A model generated the notes under the pieces. That model saw nothing but the letters and a program-made list of their open reading frames with translations. It did no database searches and was not told where the DNA came from. From the sequence record LC519489.1: DNA of 64,000 nt; one strand, written 5' to 3'. The DNA is from Escherichia phage SP22. How positions within the stretch are numbered: position 1 is the stretch's first letter; each line of letters begins with the position of its first letter. Position numbers and translations under genes: made by a program. Below are positions 6,627 to 15,994 of this stretch, in pieces.

Positions 6627-6704
6627 GTTCCAGTATCCCAATTGGCAGAGGATGCAAGCTCAAACCTTGTACTAGTGACGGTTCGAATCCGTCTTGGAAC
6701 ACCA
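6627..6704 (+). tRNA. tRNA-Leu(CAA) by anticodon, short variable arm
   Basis: Acceptor gttccag/ttggaac, anticodon stem gcaag/cttgt, loop CTCAAAC, 6-nt variable region, T-arm gacgg-TTCGAAT-ccgtc, CCA encoded. Confidence 0.6.
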
Positions 6705-6709
6705 ATTTT

Positions 6710-6785
6710 GCAGGATTAGTTCAAATGGATAGAGCAACAGTCTACGAAGCTGTTAATAGGGGTTCGAATCCCTTATCCTGCGCCA
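6710..6785 (+). tRNA. tRNA-Arg(ACG)
   Basis: Acceptor gcaggat/atcctgc, D-arm gttc-AAATGGATA-gagc, anticodon loop CTACGAA, T-loop TTCGAAT, CCA encoded. Confidence 0.75.
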
Positions 6786-6804
6786 ATTTAAAGAGGCTAT
6801 TTAG

Positions 6805-7362
6805 ATGAGATATTTGAAGTATGCTTCATGGATTTTCTTAGCTTTGTTAGAACCATTTGCAGCAATCTTAGCAGTTATCTTAGCACCTTTCGTAGTCCCA
6901 TTCTACAGTGAGAAGAAAGGACACTTACCTTTCGGCTTCAGATGGATGGAGACATATGACAACCCAATTGATGGTGATAAAGGGCATGTCGAACGATGGG
7001 CTAAGATTAGAAAGATTGGCAAGCTTGGTGTCTATATGCAGAGAGTCGGTTGGCTCTGGAGAAACAAAGCTTATAACTTCTCTTACCATGTGTTAGGAAG
7101 AGATGTAAAAGATGTTACTAAGTGGAAAGGCAATATCAACGTAAGTTCTAACCCTGAAGATAATCAGACAGGTTATCTCCTAATGTGGAACAGCAATGCT
7201 TGGGGATTATTCGCTTTTATCCCATCAATTAAAGTCTTTGGTAAACAATTTTACTGGAGAATTTATATTGGGTGGAAGCTAAAAAGTGTTGTCCCAGAAG
7301 AAAGAGCATTCTCAAGGGAAAGAGTTATGTTGGCATTCTTTATTCATCCACTAAGAAAGTAA
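6805..7362 (+). CDS. Hypothetical membrane protein (N-terminal hydrophobic segment, Trp-rich)
   Basis: ORF track; AGAGG RBS upstream; no motif recognised. Confidence 0.5.
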   Translation: MRYLKYASWIFLALLEPFAAILAVILAPFVVPFYSEKKGHLPFGFRWMETYDNPIDGDKGHVERWAKIRKIGKLGVYMQRVGWLWRNKAYNFSYHVLGRDVKDVTKWKGNINVSSNPEDNQTGYLLMWNSNAWGLFAFIPSIKVFGKQFYWRIYIGWKLKSVVPEERAFSRERVMLAFFIHPLRK

Positions 7363-7370
7363 AGATTTAA

Positions 7371-7446
7371 AGGGGATTAGTTTACAAGGTTAAAACCTCG
7401 GTCTTTGAAATCGAAGAAGTTGGTTCAATTCCAACATCCCCCGCCA
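7371..7446 (+). tRNA. tRNA-Gln(TTG)
   Basis: Acceptor aggggat/atccccc with unpaired A1-C72 (weak 1-72 pair is typical of tRNA-Gln), anticodon loop CTTTGAA, T-arm gttgg-TTCAATT-ccaac, CCA encoded. Confidence 0.7.
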
Positions 7447-7448
7447 AT

Positions 7449-7527
7449 GCTCCATTACTCCAATTGGCAGAGAGGCCAGACTTAAAATCTGTGTTATGTA
7501 TCGGTTCGAATCCGATATGGAGTACCA
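7449..7527 (+). tRNA. tRNA-Leu(TAA) by anticodon, short variable arm
   Basis: Acceptor gctccat/atggagt, anticodon stem caga/tctg, loop CTTAAAA, about 8-nt variable region, T-arm atcgg-TTCGAAT-ccgat, CCA encoded. Confidence 0.6.
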
Positions 7528-7532
7528 AATTT

Positions 7533-7608
7533 AGCGGTATAGCATAACTGGCAATGCAGCAGTCTCTGAAGCTGTCTTATTAAGGTTCAAATCCTTATGC
7601 CGCTGCCA
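7533..7608 (+). tRNA. tRNA-Gln(CTG)
   Basis: Acceptor agcggta/tgccgct (A1-U72), anticodon loop CTCTGAA, T-arm taagg-TTCAAAT-cctta, CCA encoded. Confidence 0.7.
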
Positions 7609-7639
7609 CTTCTAAGGGTTCTTACGAGAGTCCTTAAAT

Positions 7640-7715
7640 GTGGCCTTATCATAAATGGTAATGACCCATGCTGTGAACATGGTCTATACGGGTTCAAATC
7701 CCGTAGGTCACCCCA
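7640..7715 (+). tRNA. tRNA-His(GTG)
   Basis: Acceptor gtggcct/aggtcac, D-arm tcat-AAATGGTA-atga, anticodon stem ccatg/catgg, loop CTGTGAA, T-arm acggg-TTCAAAT-cccgt, CCA encoded; no G at -1. Confidence 0.75.
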
Positions 7716-7720
7716 ATTTA

Positions 7721-7797
7721 TAGTCCAAGTAGCTTATATGGTTAAAGCGCGTGTCTGAAAAACATGAGAAGAGGGTTCAAATCCCACTGGACTACCA
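7721..7797 (+). tRNA. tRNA-Phe(GAA)
   Basis: Acceptor tagtcca/tggacta, D-arm gctt-ATATGGTTA-aagc, anticodon stem cgtgt/acatg, loop CTGAAAA, T-loop TTCAAAT; two extra nt at the acceptor/D junction. Confidence 0.65.
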
Positions 7798-7813
7798 ATT
7801 TCAAAGGTGCTTA

Positions 7814-8548
7814 ATGAAAGAGATGACAGAACAAGGTAAGGAGATTTTTAATCTCTTAAAAACCGGTAAAGGGTTTTCTAATCCCCTTATTACTGGTGCA
7901 GCAGTTCTCGGTGGAACCGTAGCTGCCTCTACATCACTTGTAAGCTCTATTAGCTCTGTAACAGACCCTACAATAAAAGATAAGCTTGTTGCTGCTGGAC
8001 TTACAACAGTCCTGCTTAACAGCTTTACAACGAGTCTGACAAGCACTACATCAACTACCAAAACACTGACAGATTACGGTCAAAAATCTATTGATGAGTT
8101 TTCATCACGTATGCAGGTAGCAAAAGGCTATTCTAATGTTATGGGTGCAGCAGGAGAGCAGGTTGGTTGTACACCATTTAGTGGTATTATGGGTGTTGCT
8201 ACAGAGTATGGTCAAAAAGCTATTGACACGATTAACAGTGCACTAGATGGTGTTAATGATGTATTAAGTGACTTACAAGATGCTATTGACAAAGGTCTTG
8301 ATACTATTTCTGATTTAGCTAACCAAGCTGTTAGTAAGATTAATGAAGGTATTTCGAAGATTACAGCTTATGCAGATGAAGTTGTGCAGATGATTGAAGA
8401 AGAAGCTGCTCTTATTGCAGAGTACCTTAAAACGAATATCAATGGGTTCTTAGCAGGTATCTTACCAGACTGGTTTGATGATGCTTGTAAAACTGGTGTA
8501 ATTGATACTATTGCAACACCAGAAATGAAGAACGCATTACAGAAATAA
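7814..8548 (+). CDS. Hypothetical protein (Ser/Thr-rich N-terminal region)
   Basis: ORF track entry 7751-8548 overlaps tRNA-Phe; start moved to ATG after AAGGTG. Confidence 0.5.
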   Translation: MKEMTEQGKEIFNLLKTGKGFSNPLITGAAVLGGTVAASTSLVSSISSVTDPTIKDKLVAAGLTTVLLNSFTTSLTSTTSTTKTLTDYGQKSIDEFSSRMQVAKGYSNVMGAAGEQVGCTPFSGIMGVATEYGQKAIDTINSALDGVNDVLSDLQDAIDKGLDTISDLANQAVSKINEGISKITAYADEVVQMIEEEAALIAEYLKTNINGFLAGILPDWFDDACKTGVIDTIATPEMKNALQK

Positions 8549-8549
8549 T

Positions 8550-8642
8550 GGAAGATTAACCCTAAAAGGTAAGGGAGCAGTTTGCTAAACTGCCAGTAGC
8601 TGAGAAATCGGTGTACCAGTTCAAGTCTGGTATCTTCCTCCA
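8550..8642 (+). tRNA. tRNA-Ser(GCT), type II
   Basis: Acceptor ggaagat/atcttcc, D-stem ccc/ggg, anticodon stem gcagt/actgc, loop TTGCTAA, long variable arm, T-arm accag-TTCAAGT-ctggt, CCA encoded. Confidence 0.7.
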
Positions 8643-8646
8643 ATTT

Positions 8647-8722
8647 GAATCCGTGACAGAAATGGTTATGTGCCTGTCTGCAAAACAGGTTTATAAGGGT
8701 TCGAGTCCCTTCGGATTCTCCA
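8647..8722 (+). tRNA. tRNA-Cys(GCA)
   Basis: Acceptor gaatccg/cggattc, anticodon stem cctgt/acagg, loop CTGCAAA, T-arm aaggg-TTCGAGT-ccctt, CCA encoded. Confidence 0.75.
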
Positions 8723-8884
8723 AGTTATTTTACTCTCTCTCAATTAAAATAATAATAATGCCCTGCTATAAGTATTCTTCCTTTCGCTACCGAAGAGTAT
8801 TTTTAGACAGGGCTTTTTTACAGAGTTATACTTTATAAGAAGACTTATACAGTATGTCTCTGACGTACATTGTGGTTTCTCCTT

Positions 8885-8908
8885 GACGGTCTCTGTACCG
8901 TCTTTTTT
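8885..8908 (+). terminator. Rho-independent terminator (GACGGT-ctctgt-ACCGTC + T6) closing the tRNA array
   Basis: Perfect 6-bp stem and T-run read directly; a second GC hairpin + T-run at about 8760-8819. Confidence 0.6.
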
Positions 8909-8944
8909 AAGGGGAAACATGGTTAACTATTTGGAGAAAACATA

Positions 8945-9145
8945 ATGAGCGAGACCGTTTATAAAGAACTTTACGAAGCTAACAAGAAGCTAGAATTTAT
9001 GCAGAACACTATCATGGCAATTGCAGACAGATTATCTGTAGCAACAGGTATTGATATTCAAGAAGCGTCTATGGATGCACTTCTTGATGCTGTTGATGCA
9101 AAGTTCGAAGTTAAGAAAGAAGAGACTGCTACAGACTCTGAATAA
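8945..9145 (+). CDS. Small hypothetical protein preceding terminase
   Basis: ORF track; position only. Confidence 0.4.
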   Translation: MSETVYKELYEANKKLEFMQNTIMAIADRLSVATGIDIQEASMDALLDAVDAKFEVKKEETATDSE

Positions 9146-9166
9146 TTCTATTTGCGGAGGTGCTTA

Positions 9167-10768
9167 ATGGACTTAAATGCTGTTAAGCAGAAGCGAGTGG
9201 AAGATGTTAGGAAAGTCCTAGCTGGAGAGTTGGGGCTTTCTGATGAAGTAAAAGAAATTATCAAATCATTCGGTAAAGACCCCTCTAAATTCCTTCCAAC
9301 TCAAATTCTGACTTTATTAAGATACACACCAGACCAAGTTAGACTTATCTTCAAATTGATGACTGATAAGAACTATGTAGCCCCTCAGCCGGGTTCTCAA
9401 GAGGTCTTTTTAAATACTAATGCTGACTTGGTTCTCTATGGTGGTGCTGCTGGTGCTGGTAAGACTGCTGCATTGTTAATGGACTCTTTAAGGTTTATTG
9501 AAGACCCTAACTATAATGCTGTATATTTCCGTCGAAATACAACACAGTTACAAGGTGGTTTATGGCCTGCTGCAAAGAAACTATTTGGTAAGTTTGGTGG
9601 CGTTCCTCACGAGCAGAAGATGACTATCACATTCCCTTCTGGGGCAACTATCAAGTTCACCTACCTAGAACTTGAAAAGCACGCTGAAGGTCATCAGGGT
9701 ATTGAGTACTCAGCTATCTACTTTGACGAAGGTACGCACTTCTCTGCTTCACAGATTTCATACCTACAGACTCGTCTGCGTTCTGGTGCTGAAGGTGATT
9801 CATACATGAAGATTTCTATGAACCCAGATAGAGACCATTTCATTTACGATTGGGTAGAACCATTCTTAGATGAAGAAGGTTACCCAGACCCTGAAAAGTG
9901 TGGTCGTATCCGTTGGTATGTTATGAACGATGGTGTGATGGTTTCTGATTGGGAGAGAGACAAGATTCTTGAAATGTTTCCTCTTGAGATTCCTCAGACA
10001 TACACCTTCATCTCTGGTACGATTGATGATAACCCAATTCTTGACTTCTTAGAACCTAAATATCGTGGTAAGTTGGAAAACAACACACCTGTAAACGTTG
10101 CAAGACTTCGTTTCGGTAACTGGAAGGCTCGTGCAGAAGGTTCAAACTATTGGCAAAGACAATGGTGTGAAATTGTTGATTCACTCCCAGAAGATGTATT
10201 CGATGTCAGAGCATGGGACTTAGCAGCAACTTTACCATCTGAGATTAACCCTAATCCAGACTGGACAGCAGGTGTTAAGATGGGTAAATCTAAAAAAGAC
10301 GGTTGCTATTATATCATTGATGTAGTAAGATTTAGAGATAGACCCTCTGGAGTCGAAACACAAATTAATTTGACTGCTGAAAGTGACGGTAAGCGAACTG
10401 GTATTTTTATCCCTCAAGACCCAGGCGCTGCTGGTAAATCCTACGCAACATCCCTCATCAGGAAACTTGCCGAGAAAGGTTATCGAGCAAGAGCTAAACC
10501 AACAAATAAAGATAAAGTTACCCGATTTGCGGGGTTTTCTGCTGCTTCTGAAGCTGGACTTGTAAAAGTCTTGAGAGGTAGTTGGAATGAAGCTTACTTC
10601 CAAGAACTTGAAGGCTTTTGTGGTGATGGTAAAACTAAAGATGACCAAGTGGATGCTACCAGTGATGCTTTCAACAGTCTTAACGAAGTTAAATTATTCA
10701 AGCCACCATCAATGGGCGCTCACACAGACTTAGTGAGAGGAAACCCATATGAGGGGCTTAGACGTTGA
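9167..10768 (+). CDS. Terminase large subunit
   Basis: Walker A LYGGAAGAGKT, Walker B-like AIYFDEG, C-terminal nuclease-like region; start placed at ATG after GGAGG. Confidence 0.85.
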   Translation: MDLNAVKQKRVEDVRKVLAGELGLSDEVKEIIKSFGKDPSKFLPTQILTLLRYTPDQVRLIFKLMTDKNYVAPQPGSQEVFLNTNADLVLYGGAAGAGKTAALLMDSLRFIEDPNYNAVYFRRNTTQLQGGLWPAAKKLFGKFGGVPHEQKMTITFPSGATIKFTYLELEKHAEGHQGIEYSAIYFDEGTHFSASQISYLQTRLRSGAEGDSYMKISMNPDRDHFIYDWVEPFLDEEGYPDPEKCGRIRWYVMNDGVMVSDWERDKILEMFPLEIPQTYTFISGTIDDNPILDFLEPKYRGKLENNTPVNVARLRFGNWKARAEGSNYWQRQWCEIVDSLPEDVFDVRAWDLAATLPSEINPNPDWTAGVKMGKSKKDGCYYIIDVVRFRDRPSGVETQINLTAESDGKRTGIFIPQDPGAAGKSYATSLIRKLAEKGYRARAKPTNKDKVTRFAGFSAASEAGLVKVLRGSWNEAYFQELEGFCGDGKTKDDQVDATSDAFNSLNEVKLFKPPSMGAHTDLVRGNPYEGLRR

Positions 10769-10784
10769 TAGCTAGGTGAGAAGA

Positions 10785-12251
10785 ATGGCAGATATTACAG
10801 AAACACAAGAAAGCTTACCACCATTTAGAATGGGTGAAGTAGGTTCTTTGGGTCTGAAGGTTAAGAATGGAAGAATCTATGAAGAACCTCGTCAGGCACT
10901 AAGGTTCCCTGAAAGTATTAAAACTTTCCAATTAATGATGCGTGACCCTGCTGTAGCAGCATCTGTAAATATTATTAAGATGTTTGTCAGAAAAGTCAAC
11001 TGGAGATTCGTACCTCCAAAGGGAAAAGAGCAAGACCCTAAAATGCTTGAAAGAGCAGACTTCTTTAATTCTTTAATGGATGACATGGAGCATGATTGGG
11101 CAGATTTTATTAACTCTGTAATGTCATTCTGCACTTATGGGTTCTGTGTTAACGAAAAGGTTTATAAGAAACGTCAGGGTAAAAAAGGAAAGTACCAGTC
11201 AAAATTTGATGATGGTCTAATTGGGTGGGCTAAATTACCAATCAGAAACCAGTCAACACTTGATAAGTGGTATTTTGACGAAGACTTTAGAAAAGTTACT
11301 GGTGTTAGACAGAATCTGAGAAATGTTTCACATATTGCTGGAGCAATCAATCTCGGAGAAAGACCACTAACAAGAAAACTTCCACGAGCTAAATTCATGC
11401 TGTTTAAGTATGACGATGAATATGGAAATCCAGAAGGTCGTTCACCATTACTTAATGCTTATGTACCGTGGAAATATAAAGTACAGATTGAAGAGTATGA
11501 AGCTGTTGGTGTTTCAAGAGACTTAGTAGGTATGCCAAAGATTGGTTTACCACCAGACTATCTGGATGAAAATGCAGAACCTGAAAAGAAAGCTTTCGTA
11601 CAATACTGCAAAACTGTTGTTAATGATATGATTGCTAACGACAGAGCAGGTTTAATCTGGCCTAGATATATCGACCCAGATACTAAAGAGGATATCTTTG
11701 AGTTCTCATTAGTTTCTAGACAGGGTGCTAAAGCATACGATACAGGCTCTATTATTGATAGATATTCCAAGCAGATTATGATGGCATTTATGTCAGATGT
11801 TCTTGCTATGGGTCAGTCAAAATATGGTTCATTCTCTCTTGCAGATTCTAAGACAAGCCTATTAGCAATGTCAGTAGATATTCTGCTGAAGCAAATTAAG
11901 AACGTAATTAACCGTGATTTAGTTGCACAAACTTATGCTCTTAATATGTGGGATGATGAAGAACATGTACAAATCACATATGATGATATCGAAACTCCAG
12001 ACCTTGAAGCAATTGGTTCTTATATTCAGAAGACTGTTGCAGTAGGTGCTTTGGAAGTTGACAAAGAGCTATCTAACAAACTTAGAGAGCATATTGGTCT
12101 TCCTCCTGCTGATGAGTCTCAGCCAGTATCTGAAAAACTTTCTCCAAATAGCCAAAGCCGTTCAGGAGATGGTTATAAGACCGCTGGAGAAGGTACTGCA
12201 AAGACACCTTCAGCGAAAGACCCAAGCACAGCAAATAAGGCAAATAAATAA
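10785..12251 (+). CDS. Portal protein (putative)
   Basis: About 490 aa directly downstream of terminase; alternative GTG start at 10776. Confidence 0.6.
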   Translation: MADITETQESLPPFRMGEVGSLGLKVKNGRIYEEPRQALRFPESIKTFQLMMRDPAVAASVNIIKMFVRKVNWRFVPPKGKEQDPKMLERADFFNSLMDDMEHDWADFINSVMSFCTYGFCVNEKVYKKRQGKKGKYQSKFDDGLIGWAKLPIRNQSTLDKWYFDEDFRKVTGVRQNLRNVSHIAGAINLGERPLTRKLPRAKFMLFKYDDEYGNPEGRSPLLNAYVPWKYKVQIEEYEAVGVSRDLVGMPKIGLPPDYLDENAEPEKKAFVQYCKTVVNDMIANDRAGLIWPRYIDPDTKEDIFEFSLVSRQGAKAYDTGSIIDRYSKQIMMAFMSDVLAMGQSKYGSFSLADSKTSLLAMSVDILLKQIKNVINRDLVAQTYALNMWDDEEHVQITYDDIETPDLEAIGSYIQKTVAVGALEVDKELSNKLREHIGLPPADESQPVSEKLSPNSQSRSGDGYKTAGEGTAKTPSAKDPSTANKANK

Positions 12252-12751
12252 TGGCTGAAGTTATCTCTATTTCAAATGCTACACGAGTGCATTCGTATAG
12301 GGGTGTTCTTATCATTACTGATGAGTTATCTGTAGAGGCTGGCTCAAGGGTCAGCCTTTCAGGTTATGTTAGTGATGGTGGAATCTCTGACGTTTTCACT
12401 ATTTGTAGGTTACTTGATGCACCAATGAGTGGAAAACCGTTTATTTCAGGAAATTGTAGTGAAATTGTTAAAATTCCATTTGACAGTTCATGCCTTTTGG
12501 GTGTAAAGTTATATAACTGCGAGAATAAACGTATCAATGTTAATAGCATTGAAGCCGCTTTCATTACCCTCGATACTGCATTTCAATCCCCAATGACAGT
12601 TAACAAAGAAACAAACAGACTTGAATACATTTTTTCACAAAATGATTACAAAGTACTTGTCAAAGGTAAAGTATATGATATGATTGTAAATGTGGTAGAT
12701 GAATCTGGTAACCATTCAACAGTCCTTAAACAAAAAGTAAGGTTTAATTAA
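12251..12751 (+). CDS. Hypothetical virion protein
   Basis: ORF track; start codon overlaps portal stop. Confidence 0.45.
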   Translation: MAEVISISNATRVHSYRGVLIITDELSVEAGSRVSLSGYVSDGGISDVFTICRLLDAPMSGKPFISGNCSEIVKIPFDSSCLLGVKLYNCENKRINVNSIEAAFITLDTAFQSPMTVNKETNRLEYIFSQNDYKVLVKGKVYDMIVNVVDESGNHSTVLKQKVRFN

Positions 12752-13083
12752 TGGGAACATTAACTATTGATGGTAAGAATAAAATCCTCGCCACGCTAAC
12801 CCCAACGACTATTATTTTACACAATGTAGACCCAACGGCAGACCCTACAGCAAATAAGGTTACTCAGCCAGTGGCTATTTATTTTTCTGAACCGGATAAT
12901 GGCTTAATTGCCTCAGAAGACACAGTTAATATTACTGTTCCAGCTTCTGCAACGGTCTCACACTATAGCTTGTGGGATGCTAACGATAAATGCGTGGCAA
13001 CTGGTACTCTTAGCAAACCTCAATTCTTTGCTGAAGAAGGTATCTATGTTATCTCTTCAGTCTCTGTAGATTTAAACAAATAG
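12751..13083 (+). CDS. Hypothetical virion protein
   Basis: ORF track; position. Confidence 0.45.
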   Translation: MGTLTIDGKNKILATLTPTTIILHNVDPTADPTANKVTQPVAIYFSEPDNGLIASEDTVNITVPASATVSHYSLWDANDKCVATGTLSKPQFFAEEGIYVISSVSVDLNK

Positions 13084-13094
13084 GGTGAGTAAAA

Positions 13095-14441
13095 ATGAGT
13101 TCGAATATCTTCAGACTTGCTGATAGATTATTCAACCAACCTTTACTAGCCACTGAATCATTAGCTCACTCAGCAGCAACTTATGTGAATAACAGATTGC
13201 TGGGTGATGTCCAAGCAGCAGTAAACTTTGATAAACCTAAAGGTGAAGCAAGAAGTCTTTTAAAAGTAAAAGATGATATTGCTATTATCCCTATTATGGG
13301 TGGCTTAACCCATCGTATGACATTCATTGATGCAATGTGTACTGGTGGTTTAAGCTCTTATGAAGGTTTACGTAGAGGCTTTGACGAAGCTTTAGCAGAT
13401 GAGTCAATCAAGACTATTGTTCTGCATATTGATTCTGGTGGTGGTGAAGCTTCAGGTTGCTTTGAATTAGCACGTCACATTATGGCTTCAAGAGGCCAAA
13501 AGAAAATTATTGCTTATGTAGATGAGTTCGCTTGTTCCGCTGCATATGCTCTTGCATCTTCTGCTGAAGAAATTATTGCATCACCAGATGCAGATGTTGG
13601 TTCTATTGGTGTAATCATGGTTCATCAGGAATTAACTAAGGCATTTGAAAAGAATGGCGTAACAATTAACGTCATCAAAGCTGGTGAGTTTAAAGGTATG
13701 GGTTCACCATTCCAAGCACTTTCAGAAGAAAGCAAAGAAAGACTTCAAAAGAGAATTAATGATACCTACGCAACCTTCACAGGTTTTGTAGCTGAATCTC
13801 GTAATCTCTCTGAAGAAGCTGTAAAGAATACTGAGGCGAATGTTTATTCTGCTCAGGAAGCTCTTGAACTTGGTTTAATTAACTCAATCATGTCTCAAGA
13901 TGATTTCTTAAATTACTTACAAGGTTCTGAAGAGGCTCCTGTAAGTTTAAACGTTAACAATTCAGGTGAAGAAATGACTGAACAAGAAAAGCAAGAACTA
14001 GAAGCTTTGCGTCTTCAGGTTGCTCAAATGAAAGCTAAAGAACAGGAAGCTGCTTTGTCAGATTTGACTAATAAGATTTCTGCTTCTGCTGAAGCTTTTG
14101 GATTTGATGCAAAAGAAGCTGCAACGACTATTTTAGGTGCTGGTCTTGATAACCCTCTGAGTGTTCTGTTTATGAATGCTATGGAAGGTGCTAACCAGAA
14201 ACTTAATGAAACTATCGCGTCCCATGCTTCTGCAATGGAAGAAAAAGAATCAGAAATTACCAAGCTGAAAGAAACTGCTGGTGCTGTTCTTGAACATTCC
14301 AACGCTATGGAAGAAGTGGGTAATGACGGCGAAGCTGATTTGGTTGAAGAAGAAAAAGAACCAGCTAAGAATGCTTCCGAAGACACCGCTGAACAACGCA
14401 AACTGGCTCTCCAGAATGCTCTAAAATCTCTTATCAAATAA
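13095..14441 (+). CDS. Prohead protease, S49 (SppA/ClpP-like) family, with Glu/Ala/Lys-rich scaffold-like C-terminus
   Basis: Motifs IVLHIDSGGGEASG and ACSAAYALASSA; coiled-coil-like acidic C-terminal third. Confidence 0.7.
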   Translation: MSSNIFRLADRLFNQPLLATESLAHSAATYVNNRLLGDVQAAVNFDKPKGEARSLLKVKDDIAIIPIMGGLTHRMTFIDAMCTGGLSSYEGLRRGFDEALADESIKTIVLHIDSGGGEASGCFELARHIMASRGQKKIIAYVDEFACSAAYALASSAEEIIASPDADVGSIGVIMVHQELTKAFEKNGVTINVIKAGEFKGMGSPFQALSEESKERLQKRINDTYATFTGFVAESRNLSEEAVKNTEANVYSAQEALELGLINSIMSQDDFLNYLQGSEEAPVSLNVNNSGEEMTEQEKQELEALRLQVAQMKAKEQEAALSDLTNKISASAEAFGFDAKEAATTILGAGLDNPLSVLFMNAMEGANQKLNETIASHASAMEEKESEITKLKETAGAVLEHSNAMEEVGNDGEADLVEEEKEPAKNASEDTAEQRKLALQNALKSLIK

Positions 14442-14452
14442 GGAACACAACA

Positions 14453-14830
14453 ATGGCATATCAAGGTTTTACTAAGTTAGGTAAAAGAGAACCTCTGAAT
14501 GATATCATTCTTTGGGAACAGGTTACCCCAACAGGCCACTCTCGTAAAGAGTACACTCCGGTTGCTTCAACAGAATACCGTGTAGGTGAAGTTCTGAAAG
14601 CAGACGGTACTAAAGTTACAGCAGGGCAAGAAGCTCAGGCTGATTCTGTATGTATCGTTAACTTCTATGCAGACCTGCAACTGTCTTACCACGGTCAGTT
14701 GAAAGTTGTTGGTATTTACCGCGACGCAGAGCTAAAAGACCTGCTTACTCTTGAGTCAGGTGTTGATGCTGCCGCAGTCAAGACAGCTCTGGCTGCTAAA
14801 GGTATCGATTTCGTACCAACTGGCCTGTAA
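14453..14830 (+). CDS. Hypothetical head protein
   Basis: Between protease and capsid gene; position only. Confidence 0.45.
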   Translation: MAYQGFTKLGKREPLNDIILWEQVTPTGHSRKEYTPVASTEYRVGEVLKADGTKVTAGQEAQADSVCIVNFYADLQLSYHGQLKVVGIYRDAELKDLLTLESGVDAAAVKTALAAKGIDFVPTGL

Positions 14831-14863
14831 TAACAATAATAAGACATTCTGGAGAATTTTACA

Positions 14864-15973
14864 ATGTTGACTAATTCTGAAAAAAGCAGATTTTTCCTTG
14901 CTGACCTGACTGGTGAAGTCCAGTCTATCCCAAATACTTATGGGTATATTTCCAACTTAGGTCTGTTCCGTTCAGCACCAATCACCCAAACTACTTTCCT
15001 TATGGACTTGACTGATTGGGATGTTAGCTTGCTTGATGCGGTAGACCGCGATAGCCGTAAAGCAGAGACTAGCGCACCTGAGCGTGTTCGTCAAATCAGC
15101 TTCCCAATGATGTATTTCAAAGAAGTTGAAAGCATCACTCCTGATGAAATTCAGGGTGTACGTCAGCCAGGCACTGCAAACGAACTGACTACTGAAGCTG
15201 TAGTACGTGCTAAGAAGCTGATGAAGATTCGTACCAAGTTCGATATTACTCGTGAGTTCCTGTTTATGCAAGCTCTGAAGGGTAAAGTTGTTGATGCTCG
15301 TGGTACTCTGTATGCTGACCTGTACAAGCAGTTCGACGTTGAGAAGAAGACTGTTCACTTCGACCTCGACAATCCTAATGCTGACATCGACGCTGCTATT
15401 GAAGAACTGCGTATGCACATGGAAGACGAAGCTAAGACTGGCACTGTAATCAACGGTGAAGAAATTCACGTAGTTGTTGACCGTGTATTCTTCAGCAAAC
15501 TGGTTAAGCATCCTAAGATTCGTGACGCTTATCTTGCACAGCAGACTCCGCTGGCTTGGCAACAGATTACTGGTTCTCTGAGAACTGGTGGTACTGACGG
15601 CGTTCAGGCTCACATGAACACTTTCTACTATGGTGGTGTTAAGTTTGTCCAGTACAACGGTAAGTTCAAAGACAAGCGCGGTAAGGTTCACACTCTGGTT
15701 AGCATTGATGGTGTTACTCAGGATGGAACTGTAGGTGTAGGACACGCTTTCCCTAACGTTTCTATGCTGGGTGAAGCAAACAACATCTTCGAAGTGGCAT
15801 ATGGTCCATGTCCTAAGATGGGTTATGCAAATACGCTTGGTCAGGAACTGTACGTATTTGAATACGAAAAAGACCGTGACGAAGGTATCGACTTTGAAGC
15901 TCACTCTTACATGCTGCCATACTGTACTCGTCCTCAGTTGCTGGTAGACGTTCGTTCTGACGCTCAAGGCTAA
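14864..15973 (+). CDS. Major capsid protein (putative)
   Basis: 369 aa downstream of protease; GGAG RBS; overlapping antisense ORF rejected. Confidence 0.6.
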   Translation: MLTNSEKSRFFLADLTGEVQSIPNTYGYISNLGLFRSAPITQTTFLMDLTDWDVSLLDAVDRDSRKAETSAPERVRQISFPMMYFKEVESITPDEIQGVRQPGTANELTTEAVVRAKKLMKIRTKFDITREFLFMQALKGKVVDARGTLYADLYKQFDVEKKTVHFDLDNPNADIDAAIEELRMHMEDEAKTGTVINGEEIHVVVDRVFFSKLVKHPKIRDAYLAQQTPLAWQQITGSLRTGGTDGVQAHMNTFYYGGVKFVQYNGKFKDKRGKVHTLVSIDGVTQDGTVGVGHAFPNVSMLGEANNIFEVAYGPCPKMGYANTLGQELYVFEYEKDRDEGIDFEAHSYMLPYCTRPQLLVDVRSDAQG

Positions 15974-15994
15974 TATTCTTAAGGAGGGTTATGA

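Noticed and set aside
7751-7813. N-terminal extension of ORF 7751-8548
   Set aside because: Overlaps tRNA-Phe; start moved to 7814 where an RBS precedes ATG
8368-8838. ORFs 8368-8643 (minus) and 8611-8838 (plus)
   Set aside because: Overlap tRNA-Ser and tRNA-Cys and the terminator hairpins
10232-10648. Minus-strand ORF antisense to the terminase gene, and other short antisense ORFs inside long CDSs (e.g. 31409-31624, 41084-41932, 62802-63329)
   Set aside because: Embedded within well-supported genes on the opposite strand; no motifs; typical six-frame noise
14024-14464. Minus-strand ORF antisense to the protease/scaffold C-terminus
   Set aside because: Antisense artefact of a GCT/GAA-rich coding region
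14972-15967. 331-aa minus-strand ORF antisense to the capsid gene
   Set aside because: Fully embedded antisense within a strongly coding plus-strand gene; composition is low-complexity; no independent signals
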